Both the position numbers and the translations under genes were made by a program. The notes below the pieces were generated by a model that saw only the letters and a program-made list of their open reading frames with translations, made no database searches and was not told where the DNA came from. DNA of 64,000 bases from Lytechinus pictus (taxonomy: Eukaryota). Where the stretch lies: positions 21,266,001 through 21,330,000 of the forward strand of contig NC_087256.1 of the NCBI RefSeq assembly GCF_037042905.1, in the 5' to 3' direction. Of this stretch, positions 1 through 14,537 are shown piece by piece (positions within the stretch are counted from its first letter, which is position 1; each line of letters opens with the position of its first letter).

Positions 1-3000
1 AGCCCTGGTGGACATCACTTGATCCTGGGCAACCACCTAGGCTGTCAGCGATCATCAAAACCTTCCTCTCCCAAGAAAAATTCAATTATCATCATTTCTG
101 CCGCTTGAGATGTATCCCAAAGACCGCTACCAAAATCTAAGCGCCAACACTGACCAATGCAACGATCACATAATGAAGCTATCAATCACAAGTATTTCAT
201 CAAATTCAAAAGTTTTGGAATCAATCCTCCTTCCCCCCTCTCTCTCTCCCTACTCTCTCTTTCGCAAGTACGGAATGCTTGACCTACTCCAGAGAGATGG
301 TACAATTTCAGGATTTGATGAAAATTTAATGGGTCAATCAACCGTTGGAGAATGATCAACTAATTTGGGGGTTCCCCCATGGAATCAGATGTATCCCTAA
401 GCAGCACGATCCAAACAAGGTTCAACAAACTTGGGACGACTAAAATGAAAACAAATATTTCGGAATATTTATACAGGCCCTATTATGTATATATATAGTT
501 TGAGAAGGTTATTTGATTTATGCCTACATTATAGGACTGTATTGTATACAGGTAAATGATTCCTTATTTTTATATAAACTTTAATAGGATCTTTGTCACT
601 ACATCTTATTTTGTTTTAAACAATGCCAGGTACGAAATCTGTGCTTACTGAGCTGAAAGATATATGGTTTATCCTTTAAAATCTGATATGCAAAGTCATC
701 ACTTTGTAAAAAATATGTCATATCAATTTAAAAATATGGAAATAGCTTATGAATAATCATCAAAAGAACCTAGATGCAATTTGAGTATTATCATTAGCAG
801 CAGAAGTAGTACACTGGTAATAATTCAGTCACTAACAGTAACATAAGGGCCTACCTCACATGTACTGTGATTGGCCTCTTCAAACATTCAAAGACTATTC
901 TCGGTGACTAAGCCCAGCTTGTGAGTAGTATTTGTAGGAAACTTCCCATGGATATCCACTTATCACACGACCCTCTAGCTTCCGACCCACCATCCACCAA
1001 ATAAAGTATTTAATTTCAACCAACTAGGCAACGATTAACACTAAAGACACATTACCATTGAAATTTTCAACAATTGCCAGTCCCCGTTATTCTATTATTT
1101 GGGTTTCCAATTGGTTATCTCCCGTTTTCCAGCCGGGAAATTAATACCCTTGTTTCGAATCATACATTGTTCTTTCAGAGGCTAGCTGAGGGCATAAACA
1201 AGAGCGAGGCGTTTTCGAACAAGAATGCAAGCAGGTGATACGGGTAATGAACTAAGAGTTTGCCTTTCGTACTCTCAGTCATTTTTTACAGTTTTTTTTC
1301 CCTCCATTGGGATTTGTACATCTGACTCTATCGGTGGTGACGTTTCACTTGTGCCTTGTAGGAATCAGTTGTCGAGAGGGCGGTTTCGTTTAGGAGTGCG
1401 CACTGCTGGGTAACCCGAGAGCTCTTCTCTGTGGCAACAGCCGCATTCCCAGGCGAACCTGATGTTGGTTTTTGCAGCCCGACACTGGTTAATCCACAAC
1501 GCAAACCGACAAATGAATAAAAGCGTGAGCAGCCCCTGTGGGCTTGTAATCCCGCCAAAGTCTCTGAGTTTTCACCCCCACAGCAAGCCACGCTGCATTT
1601 ACCCAATTACAGGCCCCTATCGGCTGCCCCAGAGTCGGTCGGTCGCAGGGGAAAGTCTGGATGAGGTACAAGACCTGACCAAGGATCTTTCCTTCCCCAC
1701 CCCAACCTCCCTTTTGTTCCTTCTTCAAAGAAAATGAGAAAGAGAAGATGGACAGTGGCAATTGAGCTCTTCTTTGCGGTGTTATTATCCTGTCATTATT
1801 CCCAATCACAGTCCATTACGGTGTTGTTTCTTGCAAACTACCGATCTTTTGTCCTCCTTTCACTCCGGTCAGAACTGATCAAGCTGAGGATTTGAGACGG
1901 GAGCTGACTGGTATGTCAAACTATTGTTCAGGGGTCCCCACGAGGTATTTACCATTTCATTCATGGGTTTAGTTTAGCCCGGCTAAGTGGCTATCCCGTC
2001 TCGATATTGCCCGGCATCATCCACCACGCTTGTACAGCCTTCAAGAATATGTCCGTTCCCCATCAAAGAAAAATATGAATATTAGAACCTAATATGTGGA
2101 GCCTTGGAGGAAAGTATAGATTTATCATATGATCTTAACCACATATTTTAAACCTTGATCATGTATTAGCTACACCAATATCTATCATATCATTCCTAAT
2201 CAATCAAATTATCTTGCTGTACATGAAGAGAATTATTCTCGGTTCCCGGGCCTCGATTGCTGTTTTAATCTACTGATAAAAGTGATATGTTTCTTCGTTG
2301 CAATAAAACAATTTGATATTCTTTGTCTTTCCAAATTTGCTTCATAATGTGATGTCTTGAGATTTTTTTTAGAAATTGATGTTCATTCCTTTGTTTCTTT
2401 CTTTAAAAAAAAACCCTTACTTTTTTGTCTTTGTTTCAGTTTTCCTTTCTTTTTTCTTCATAAAGGGACAAGAAAATCAATTGATTTCCATTCTTTCTTT
2501 TCTTTCTTCTTCCTCCTTTCTATCTTTAATTTTGTCTCCGTTTCCTTCTCCTCTTCTCTCTATTAATTTAACAGATTTTATTCTACTATTAAAGGTTGAA
2601 GTGTCCTGAGGAAACATCATTGCCAACGATGGAGAAATAAAAAAACAGAGGTTGCCCACGGAATCGCTTACTGCCACTTCTCTGATCCCGCTCACTCGAC
2701 CGAGCTCTAGCTCGGCCAGGGGTGTAAAAAACCGCTAGCCGAGGGGTGTAGATTTCAATGGGGGACAAACCATAAGGGCACATCAAGAAAGAAATCGCAA
2801 CAGTTGAATTTCCTCCAATTACAAAAGCCACTTATCTTCCTTTATCGGTACATGTCCCCCGGCCAGTTAGCATGTTGGTGAATAGGAGAATCGTTCTGGA
2901 GCATCATTTGATACACGGTGGATGCTGACTGAATACAGACCCCTAAAGAGGGTTAGATCAAACAGGAGGTGCTACTCCTCTCTTTCACTCTTTTCTCCCC

Positions 3001-4069
3001 CCCCCCCCCTTTTCTGAGGGTATCCTCAAATTTGTGACCCTATCTTTGTTTGGAATGAATGCAGGTGCTTCGAAATACAGATTCTGGGATTTAAAAAAGG
3101 TTTATTCAGGTTTATAAAAACAGAAATAGGAATGACAAAACCAGTCAGAAAAAAAAGTGTGATCCCAGTATTCTTGGTGGCATGTCAATGTAAAATTGGT
3201 AGGATGGAGAGAGATCAGGATGAGAAAAATGTATCCACCAAGACCACTTAAATAACAATAAGAACCCTGATAGTTTGGACATGTTGATGTTGATGTAAGT
3301 GTCTCATGGGAATTTCAATGATTCCCTCAACCTGAAGAAGTTTTTAGTAGACCCAAAACAATGTTGAAACCTTCTCTCTGCTGGGAAACCTAAACATTCT
3401 CAAAAGCAATGTATCTTGGAATTTTCTTGAAAACAAAAAGATATTCCATGATAAATCATTATTGATATTGATTGGAAACAATATCATCCTCTCTCCATGA
3501 AGTAATTCCTAATTTGTGGAATTAGTATCTTTCTCAGTTGAACTATGTGACGCTAATTCACATATCAATTAAGATTTGAATATTTTTACTATTTAATAGA
3601 CTTTCCCAGCACCATTAGAGTCATTTTAAATGCCGATAAGTGGGGTATCAGTTTCATTTCCTAATGAAGTAAACTTCATAGGGATTCTGAGACAATTAAT
3701 TACTTCCACCACCATTGCACCACTGAACAATTACAACACCCTTTCTGGTTCTCTAAAGAACACAGTGGTTTTATTATATTTACCAAGGTATGGAGGAAAC
3801 ACATGGTCTTTTGTGACATCTATCTCTCCAGAGCATAGGGGAGGAAGCAAAGGTGTTTATCCCTGATCTCGTGTGCACATAAACTCATCAGCAACACACA
3901 GCTGCTTTGTTTGTGTTTATTTATACCATTATCTTGGTCAATTAAATTCTATCCTTACCTTGCCTTATTAAAGTCTGATAATAGGGGTTCTTGGCCTAAT
4001 GAGTATACACCCCACATCTATCCTGAAAGCTGGTTTACAAGTCACTATATGCCTACAAAAAGGCTTCTT

Positions 4070-4470
4070 TTAAAGATAAATGAAAGTAGTTGCAGTAAAC
4101 ACTGATTTCACGAGAAAGTCAGTAAAACCAGGCTTAATTGTCACTATATCATCGAGGATCTAGATCTGGTACAATTACATATACTGAACTTGATGAAATC
4201 TTGAAATCTACGCTGAAAAATGTTCACACTGAAGATCACCAACACAGATAAGCACAAGTGGGACAGTGTATTATTATTGCTTTGAATGTCGGCCCAACGC
4301 TTGACCCGAATCCCGTGCTTATTTGCTAAATTCTCAGCAATTACACAATTTCTTCCAGAATCCTTTGGTACATGTTTTTATTTATACAAGCAGACACTTT
4401 GGTGGTCATTTCATTGGATTCTGTACGAACTCATTTTGAAATCGTCACCACAACTGGCATTTATCTTTAA
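4070..4470 (+). mobile_element. TTAA-flanked MITE family A (Kolobok/T2-like), copy 1
   Basis: TTAAAGATAAATG...CATTTATCTTTAA termini; highly similar inverted copy at 40355-40757. Confidence 0.85.
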
Positions 4471-5680
4471 CAGCCTTAGACAACTGATATAGTTCCTGAT
4501 ATTTTGATGTTTGAAACTATTCTATCTTGTCTTATTGTTTAACATGAGAAAGTGAATACATTGAAACCCATGGCATTTTGACAATTTTGCATCTTCACTT
4601 TTAAAAGTAAAGGATCCATGAACAAGACTCCCTCCTGTAAAAACTAGCTAGTTTGACTAGATAAGATTCCAAATTAATATTTCAAAGACTTGCATAAACT
4701 TGCAATCCAATCTATTCATAATTATTTCATTTGAAATCTACCTTTGTTTCCTTCGACAAAGATCAAGAGAAAGCATACCCATGAAAATAAACTACAATTT
4801 CTCCTCTCAACGCCTGTGGAATGTCTATGAAAGCCTACATGTTTCTCAGTACAATATTGAACACTCTCCAAAAATAATTCAATTTTGTGACTGTTATGTG
4901 TGTGTGTATTTTAATTTGTGATTGTTGCCTGTGATTCTCGCCTTAGAGACTTGACTGAATGCATATAAAGTAAGTGGCCAAAACTTGTTATAAATAATGC
5001 AAAATTCTACCCTGTATAAATAAAACTACAGACAGATCATGGAGCTACTTAGATAAATAAAATAATGAAAATACGTCAACAATTTTGGACGGACAAACTG
5101 CTTCGTGTCAGAACAAGACTTTGCAGTCCATGTCTTACACCTGCAGTATTCCTTGTCATCTGTCCATTCACCTCAGTATGAACTAATTTTAATTGAAAGA
5201 GCTTGTGTCAAGTCAAACTCATTAAATTACATGAAGGATAACTGTACAGACGTGGCCTGAGCGGAGCGTCCTTATCTTCCGACTGCAGGAACCTTAACTC
5301 CGTGAAGCTTTGATATCCTTTGCCACTACCTAGATCAGTTGAGTTTGTAGAACTGGTCAGATGGCGATATATTTTACCCTAGGCAATTCATGCTCAGGGA
5401 AATTATCCAGGGGCTCGAGGCAAATTTGTCCTCAAAATGCCCCCTTCCCTCCCCCCAAAAAACCATATAAATGACTATCAAAAAAAGGCCCTGAAATTTC
5501 AACAAGGTTCAGAATAAACTGTAATACAATGTAATACGGATTGCTGACTTCAAAACGTAACCGAGAATAAATATTATTTTCCCTACAACACTGTATGCTT
5601 TTCTCTTTCATTGTATTTTATATGATTCGGAATTTGAAACGTATAAACTCATTTGTATTACATGTAGGAGCACTATATCA

Positions 5681-6275
5681 TTAAAGGAGAATGAAACCCT
5701 TGAAACCAGCTGAATCCATATCAAAGAGAAAAATCAAAGAAACATATTGTTGAAAGTTTGAGGAAGATTGAATAAATAATAAGAAAGTTATGAGCATTTG
5801 AATATTGAGATCACTAATGCCATGTAGATCCTCCCATTGGCAATGCGACCAAGATCTATGATGTCACACACGTACAACTCCCTCATTACTTTAGTACTTA
5901 TTTCACTTATATTCTCACTTTTATAGAGTCTATCACAAGGTGAGGTGTTCTCTTTATGAGAGGACAAGTACAGAGGTTTCACAACATTATATCATTGATG
6001 AATCGTTTGTCATAATATGATTAGAATGAGCAAAAAGAGATGTTTTGGGGTATATTTTCAGTGTCCAAAAGGGGAGAGTTGTTCATCTGTGACATCATAG
6101 ATCTTGGTCGCATTGCCAATGGGAGGATCTCCATAGCATTAGTGATCTCGACATTCAAGTGCTCATAACTCTTCTATTGCTAGTCCTATTCTACTCAAAA
6201 TTTTGTTGATCTTATTCTTTGATTTTTTTGCTTTCACAAAAGCTAACTTGCTCCAAGAGTTTCATTCTCCTTTAA
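5681..6275 (+). mobile_element. TTAA-flanked MITE family B (TTAAAGGAG termini, Kolobok/T2-like), copy 1
   Basis: TTAAAGGAGAATGAAAC...GTTTCATTCTCCTTTAA; long imperfect inverted arms; near-identical inverted copy at 20327-20917. Confidence 0.9.
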
Positions 6276-7474
6276 AGGTGTTTGTAATTTAAATGAACAA
6301 ATGGAACATACTTTTATGCTAAATGAAATATCTGAAATTTCTGTTTGATAACAAAGTGGGGCTGACTTTCTTATTAGCTGATGCAAATATGACAAATAAT
6401 AAACTTACAATTTTAACTTTAGCTGACAGGATATAGAATCTGATAATTCAAATTAGCACCATTGAAAATGTTCCCTTGTTCAAGCATAACTTCTAACAGT
6501 TTATAAAACAGCTCCCCTCCACCCCATCAGAAAACCAATTATTCATAAGTCTTTTGAATGCTACAGTAAATATCATCAATTTATCATGAGGCACATAATA
6601 AAAAATAAAATGAATAAAAATCAGCAGGTTTTGCTAGGGTAAAAAAACTTTTCTTTTGCCTCTTTACTGATGAATCAATGCAAATTCAAACTTAGTTATC
6701 TTCCCGAGCCCCTTGCAACAGACTTGAGGGATAGATACAGCCATGACCTTTACAAGTGTGTAAGGACAACAACTTCCCATCCACATAATCCATGTTTTCT
6801 TTCCAAAAATGTACAAGTTTTTAGAACATTCCATCCACTGATCTGCAATTTCCTGTAGAATCCGACACAGGAGACAAGATAGACGTAGGGTGATGCCAGG
6901 GAGGCCAGAAAGTTAAATCCTTTGATTCACCTAAAAAAAATCCATGTTTGAAAAGAAATAGAATTCAAAAGAAAGTGAAGAGAAATTTTTATATTAAAAG
7001 TTTGATGTAAAGGCTCATTGCTTCACTTTCAAACTTTTTAATGATTATACTTGCATTATTCCTCGTCATACCACTTTTGAAAAATAGAGAAATATGTGAA
7101 TGAGGAAAACACCTGATAGGTACATATTCACATTTGCAATTATCTTCAAATAAAATAAACTTAGGCCTACTATAAATGATATAAAGAAGATTCTATTTGT
7201 CAAGTTTACAAGTCATATTTAAATTGTTTAAAATATTTCTTAACTTTTCTTTACAAAAGATACATTTCGATTCACAGCATAGAATTTTGACCAAACTTTA
7301 TTCATTTGTAGATTGAAAAGCTAGGGCCTAATAGGGGAAATTAGGATCATTAAAAAATCATATAAAGAGACAAAGAAATTGATAAAAACATGCTTTAAAC
7401 ACCTAAAATCACTGACAGCATGTGTTATACGTTTTAGTCATGTGCGCCAGATGTTACACAATAAAACTGTTCCA

Positions 7475-7690
7475 AGAAGTGGGCGGATGTATAGCCATGT
7501 TGCAGACATTCTCAATCCATCACTCCTTTATTGACAATTTATTAATTGTTAATTCCACGAAGTGGGTGATGTATAGCCACGCTGCGGTCACTCCAAATCT
7601 ATCATTCCTTTCTACAAATTAATTGTTAATTCAAATAAGTGGGAAGTTGTATATCCCTGTCCAAGCCACGCTAAATCTGTCAGTCCCTTC
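7475..7690. repeat. Degenerate ~80-bp tandem triplication
   Basis: AAGTGGG...TGTATAGCCA...TTAATTGTTAATTC recurs about 2.5-3 times. Confidence 0.65.
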
Positions 7691-9146
7691 GTCGCGACTT
7701 CACACATCAAGACCCCCCAAAAAAAAAAAAAAAAAAAAAAAAAAAAACATGTTGATTTACTCCTAGACTTCGCACTCAATCCAGCTGAAGTCTTCGGGCT
7801 TTTACAACTTCCTGCTGTAGGGTGAGGATGGGTACAAGATGGACGTTAACAAATATACTGGTGATAGACAAGTATCACACATCATCAGGGGCCGTCATTA
7901 GGTCATACATGGGACTAAGAGGTCACATGAGATACAAAGATGTCCTTTCAAAAAAACTTCTTTCTGCATTTCATATTTTTTTATTGCATACCCTCTTGTG
8001 GTTTGAAACCTAGTATTATTACACTGCATTGGCAAGAAATATGTGTGTTTGGGTGTCATACATTTGAAACATATTGAGAAACCCCTGATATTTAAAAACA
8101 TACTTGACAGCATCCATTCAGAAAGAGCTTACCAGAAATTGATAATTGCCAGAGTTTATTTCGATTTCCGATATTGTCTGAAATAAAATTTCATAAGATG
8201 ACATAATGACCTACTAAAATGAAAATAACATCTGCAACATTATCTTCATTTTAATAATAAAGGAAACAGGGTACTATCCTGTATCAATACTGCACAATAT
8301 TCTACTGAGTGATTTGAAATTGCAAGCGTTAAAACTTTAGATCCTATCTTGAGTTTGTAATGTGCTACAGTATCAATCTACGCTTCGTATGACAATCGAA
8401 AGCACCATCTGACAGGCCAATATCTTTTCACACTTTGGTCAGATTACTTGCATCAAAAGCTTGACCTGGTCCTCATCACAGCCTGACAGAATACGCTGCG
8501 GATCCCATTGTTCATGAAGCTTTTGAAAAGGCTGCAACATGTCCGAAAATGTCCTAATCTGACAACTTCCGTGCAAATCTTTGTGGATAAAAGACAACCC
8601 TCTGTTCACATGATCAGGCTTCATCATGTACTTTTTAAGGCTTTTTCCTAGTCTGAATGTTCCCTAAATGACAAACTGTTCATGGAATCTGATCGTGTTG
8701 ATACCGTACAGGAGCAAATGGGGAGACTCTATCATCACTGTCCAAAAGTACTGGGTGAAAATTGGGTCCTAATTTGAAAGGGCATTACTATTAAATATGG
8801 CAAATAATACACATAGTTCTTAAATACTTTCAATAAGTCACTATGGGTATCAAACTTACAAAAACTATTAAATTATTATTTGAAATTTGAATAGGCAAAC
8901 AATGACTTCGGCCAGCGAGCGTCAACTTTGAGAGTTCTCAGATGACAGCAAATTAGTTTGGCTAATTGAAAGTAGCTGATAACCTATTTTCAAATTACAA
9001 TATCAAATTGATACAAGAAAATTCACAACTTGAACCGAGCTTTATAATGAGTAGTGTTATCATGGAGCAACTATTAAAATGCCCGATTCAGCTCAAGCTG
9101 CAGGCTCCATCGGCAGCGCCCAGAGCATTCAAGGAAGTAATCCTCG

Positions 9147-9339
9147 TGGGTGTTTCAAAAAGCTGTTCGTACGTTAAGAGCGACTTTAAGAATGACTGGT
9201 GATCCTTTTTTGCGGTAAGTGGTATACACCAAAATGTTCATTGGCAATGGTTTAGCGCGTAAGAAATTTTCACCAGTGACCAGTTATTCTTAAAGTGAAC
9301 AGTCGCTCTGAACTTCCAAACAGCTTTATGAAACAACTC
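9147..9339. mobile_element. Short palindromic MITE family D (Harbinger-like), copy
   Basis: GGGTGTTTCA.AAAGCTGTTCGTA.GTTAAGAGCGACTTTAAGA...CAGCTTTATGAAACA; related copies at 14371, 21246 and 58901. Confidence 0.75.
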
Positions 9340-9344
9340 GCTGG

Positions 9345-9478
9345 TCCGATTCCCTCACCTGGGTCGAGCGCAGCACAATGTGGCTCAATTTCTTGCTGAA
9401 TGAAATACACCATGCCTGGGATTCAAACCCTCTGTTTCAAAGTCTGGAGGCTGATCCGCTGGGCCACAATGCTCCACA
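9345..9478 (-). mobile_element. SINE 5' fragment
   Basis: Reverse complement of the SINE head and core (CCTCACCTGGGTCGAG.GCAGCACAATGTGG...GGGATTCAAACCC). Confidence 0.65.
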
Positions 9479-12400
9479 TGTGTGATAGCACCAGCCCACA
9501 GATGATATTGCTAAAAACGTTCTTTCTGGTAATCTTCTGAGGTCGTAGACCTCATCACGGTGCATCTCGGTAGCAACCTTTTCTTGCTGAATGATGAAAA
9601 CTACCTGTCTCTTTTCTTCTAATGAACAATCTTCCCCCATAAGAACAACAGCAGGGGATTAACAGGAGCAGACAACAACATCCTCCCTCAAACAAAAATG
9701 TGGAAGCGATGCCATTTTTAACATGGAGTAACCCCTTGGATCTTGTGCAATATTTCCATGAAACAAACAGGGCAAGATTATAGACACAATAAACAGGAGA
9801 TTCCAGCAGATTCTTGCACATCATTTTTCATTAGATACCGAGTTTAACATGTTTAATAATAATAAATAAAATCTGATAAAAGTTTATAGGCCTAAACCTC
9901 GTCCTGAGGAAAGAGGGAATACAGATGTAATGGGGATTCTTGCACATTTATAATGTATCTTGTGGAAAAATAAATAGATTTTAAACAAATATAGAACCAA
10001 ATCTATTAACATCTTGAATAGAAACCTTGTCTGTGCCAGGATAATTTTATTTCAAATCAAATTGATCAGTTGGACTTTTTTAGCATTAATGTAGGGCACA
10101 AATGAGGTGCACAGATAATGTCATTTCTTATATCACTTTCTTAATACCAAGAACATATCAAATCTGCTTCAGCAAACAAAAAGTAATATACATATTTTAC
10201 TAAAATCACAAACGATTGTTCACCTAACAACATTGATATGGATAATTGTTTTCAACAATCAAACAGTTTCATTGACAATTTATGATCTCTTGAAAGTCAA
10301 CATGAATAACTCAAAGAAACACATCACTTTATCAGGAAACTAACAAAAGGGATTAATCAAGCAAAGAAAAATGACACCAGGGCATGAAAAGAACAAGTGA
10401 TGGTAGGCATTCTTGATGACAAATGAACATTCAAAACAGATCAACAGGATAAAGTAAGGCAACAAAAGCAAGGAAGGGCATTGGTAACAACTCTCGAAGG
10501 AAAAGGACAAACGATGACTGGTGGAGAAGGGTACCCAAGAAAGGCAAGAATATATACCCCTTTGGAATGCATCAGTATCAGAGACGGCACTGATGAGGTT
10601 TCGGGATAAAGGCATCAAATCATGGTTACCGAAAAATATAGAGCAAATGGTTTCTAAAACAAATACTCCGGTGAATGGGAATTGTAAAAGGGGTGAGATA
10701 ACAAGATTGAGGGATTTGCGGTAAAATGCGAGATGATGCGGACACTGTGAGCTGAGACAGAAGAAAAGGCGGAGAGTTGGAGAAAAGGATCAAGAAAACA
10801 ATGAGGAAGAGGTATAGGGTAAGAAAACGGAAAGCGGGAAAATTTTAAGTGGGGATTGGTTTAATCTTAAAAAGGTACACGGGATTGGAGGTTGCATTCC
10901 AATGGTATTTTCTTTTCATTTCTGTGGGCTAGTTTGGGTAGGTGCAATTAGGTGCTGCGGATTCACCCAAAGAGAGTTTTTTGTTTCCATCTTTGAATGT
11001 TTCTCTGTGTACACCCTGTTGTCAAGGTACATGTACATTGTATGGTTAATTGGCAAGTAAAGCTTTGAGATTTCCTGAAATAAAGCAGCTTTATTTCTTA
11101 GAAGCCTTTAATGAACTAAAACACCTTTCAAGGAGTTTCGCTGGCGTAACATAGGAATAGAGTTATGTTCTGAGGAGGAACTGTCTCACAGTATTGGGGT
11201 GGTTTCTCATAATGCACCCAAAAGCTGGTGTTTTGTGGTGTACAATATTGTATATTTGTACTAAAAAGCAATGGACAAAATGATAACCTTATGCTGCTAT
11301 TCTGTTAAGAGACCAATGCACTCCACATTAAAAAGAACATATATAGGTGCAAGTGACTGGCTTAACTGATTTTTGTCATCATTACAACGACTAAGAATTT
11401 ACAGACAGGTAACAAGCAATATTTTCTGCAGTGGATCATGTTCTTGGATATTCTAATCAAATATAAAAAGAATGTGAAACTCCCAACATTTTTTCTTCCA
11501 TTTTACAAATGAATCTCCCTGTCACGTCCCTGGATAGATATCTCTTGCCGTTAATTATTTAGTGTGGGACAATGTAGAGACGTACCCTATCAAAAATCAC
11601 AAATGAAATTGTATCAGTTATAGAGATAAGAAGAGGTACTATCAACCAGACGTTTGATAATTCTTCACTGATCATACTTTATATCATTCCAATGCTTCTT
11701 ATTAGGCCTACTTCTTATGAGCTTGAGTGGATAAGTATGTCTTGGGATTTAATCCATTATTTTCAAGGGTTTTAAGAGTTTTACAACGCCTTTGTTCACG
11801 CCTTTCGGATTATTAGACCAGGTGGAGTTAATTCGGCTTACAATCATTTCTGTTTCTGTCAGGACAATTTCTTCCACTTTCATTGTATTTGATTAGACAT
11901 TGGCTTAACTTCGAATTATGACATCCCTAAGGGTTGCTCCCAAACAGAATGTTCATTTATTAAAGTGGGAAAATCATTGTCCATTTCTTATTACATGACT
12001 AACTTGTTACCTCTAGATTTTCTGTTCACATGGATCGCAGGGCCAAAATAAACCACATAACATACATGAGGAAAAATTCTGATGCCAAGAATATAAACAA
12101 TTTTAAATAGATATCTATTCCTGATTTCAAAATGCTTCTTTGAAATTTCTGCCTTGTTCTTTCAAATAAATTATTTTCAACATAAAAAATAATTTGTAGA
12201 TGATATTTATTCCCTAAGAATGGAGATCCGAACTAAAAACATATTTTTGTTTAGATCTATCCCGACATAAAATTCATAAATATCAATATAGAATACTGGA
12301 ATAAATAAGTTTGTGCACTTCAATTTATTTGAACATTCACAAACTTTTCAACTTTTTAATATCTTCACATCTTTTCAAGATTCAATGAAATTCATGAATA

Positions 12401-14370
12401 TAGTGTTATACTATGTTAATATCTGAAAGTGGGAATTTTGGATTAAAGTCATTAAAATGAAGTTGATACCTTAACCCCTGTCAATCTGACTTTAAGATCA
12501 TGATTAGGATTAAACAATGAAGGGGACTGAGATTAGTTCAGGCTGCTAATCCCATGACAAAAGATGCCTTGGACAATGTTTGTTGAGGTGCACTAACTGT
12601 TACCTGTTACATGGAGTGTTAAACAAACATTTGTGTCAATAGCTAATCAGGAGATTTCATGCACTAATTGGAGAGTGGACTGGAGGCTTTGCATTAAAGG
12701 GGTGAATCAACATTGTTGGAAATAGACAAATTAGGTTTTGATGAAATTGATCGTGTACCATATCTTTTCCTAGTGGATTATCAACATTTCCTGAAAGCTT
12801 TAGACGAAATGGAAGTCTTTTACTACCTAAATCTAACTAGAGTACTAGAAATCAAAAGAATGAGTTGAAGATATCAAACGCTGGCTTACTCTTTAAGAGG
12901 GACAAACATGCCAAAAGCCTTTTCGAACTTTAAATTCGCTAGTTCTTAATAGTCTTAATACAGAGATCCTCCCATTCCTGGAACCAATGAATGAAGTGGC
13001 CTCATTAAAATTGACTTTAAACCACTTGGGTTTTGGAAAAATTGCAAAGTTCATTCTTTCAAGAATTTGAAGAGACAAGAGGGACAAGTAATGAGAGAGG
13101 AGTTACAAACTAAAAGGAGGATAAAAAAGAAACTCATTAGTACCTCCGAAATCCAAAATGTAACATTCTACCAAGATATCTACAAAAAATTACCTGTAAT
13201 GGATGGGTTTGAATTCTCAGTGGGTTTTAATGTCTTGGAGTAGTCCTCCTGGCTTTTCTCTCTCAAGGGATCATAAAATTGCTCTTTTGAGAGAAAATCA
13301 AGAAAAATAATGACATTTCATTCGATGATTACCATATTTCTAACATGAAGTTATGTCCTATACAATTTACATTAGTGTACAGAGTTGTCCACTACAAACT
13401 AAATTCATCCCCTTTTCTTTTCTTTGTTGATATTATGTTTCTATATATATATATATTTTTTTTTTTTGTAATGGCAATGGTGCACTATTTCTTTATAATT
13501 GCAGTTCATACTTTGTATGTCTTTCACTCATGTATTTTTAGATGTTGTCATGAAATGTATGTATGTAAATCCTGAAACAAATTTCCTTTATGGACCTGAA
13601 TGTATTGAATTGAATTGTCAATCAGAAAACTCCAATGACATTATTTGCTTTGATGTTCTTTATTCTGAAATGAGTCTGACTAAACATAATGCAGGGAAAT
13701 TACAAAATCATAAAGAAAGTATTTCCCCTCGCCCACCTTTCCTTCACTTAAGTAGTAAACACATTTTGAAAGAATCAAACCATGATAAGATTTTTATTCA
13801 AACAGCAAGGTCCTATATTTAAAGGGTTAATTGGATTTTAATGCCTATAGCTCTGCTGTAACTATTTCTAGTTTTCTTGTATGCGTAATTGAGTATTAGG
13901 TATACAAGTTTTCACAAAGAGGGCGACCAAGCAATTAGCACCAGAGCCCAAATGATGAAGTCTCTTTTTCCCCCTTCATTCGGCCATCAGAGTGTTAACA
14001 GTGGCAAGATGCAATTAAACCATGAACTATCAAACAAGGATACACCTGTATAGAATCACATAAGAGATATGAATTTGGGAGTCAAATGGTTAAAGATGTA
14101 GATCTACATTGAGAGGAGGGGATGGTAAATGTTCAAGAGAAGTGCCCACTTGTTTGACCTTGGAATCATGACAGTATCTATGACAGAAACATACAGCCAA
14201 GGGGAACAATTTGAATAAAAAATAGGAGGCCAATCAAGTGATTATCAGTTTTCAGTTGTCCTCAGTGAGGGATCAGGATTCAGAACTGGACCCTGGTCCT
14301 GTACCTATAGTCTACTCCTAGGCCTATACCGTCTTCTTCAAAGTTGCCACTGTTGTCTCTCCCTGATCTG

Positions 14371-14537
14371 GGGGCCGTTTCATAAAGCTGTTCGTAAGTT
14401 AAGAGCGACTTTAAGACTGGTGAACCTTTCTTACGCGCTTAACCATCGCCAATGAATATACCATTTTCCACAAGAAAGGATCACCAGTCGCTCTTAAAGT
14501 CACTCTTAACTTACGAACAGCTTTATGGAACACCCAC
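14371..14537. mobile_element. Short palindromic MITE family D, best-preserved copy
   Basis: GTTTCATAAAGCTGTTCGTAAGTTAAGAGCGACTTTAAGA...TCTTAAAGTCACTCTTAACTTACGAACAGCTTTATGGAAC; CTG flanks. Confidence 0.8.

Noticed and set aside
5788-5982. Duplicated 64-aa ORF (also 20616-20810) as a small gene family
   Set aside because: Both lie inside copies of the same MITE and show no protein-like features.
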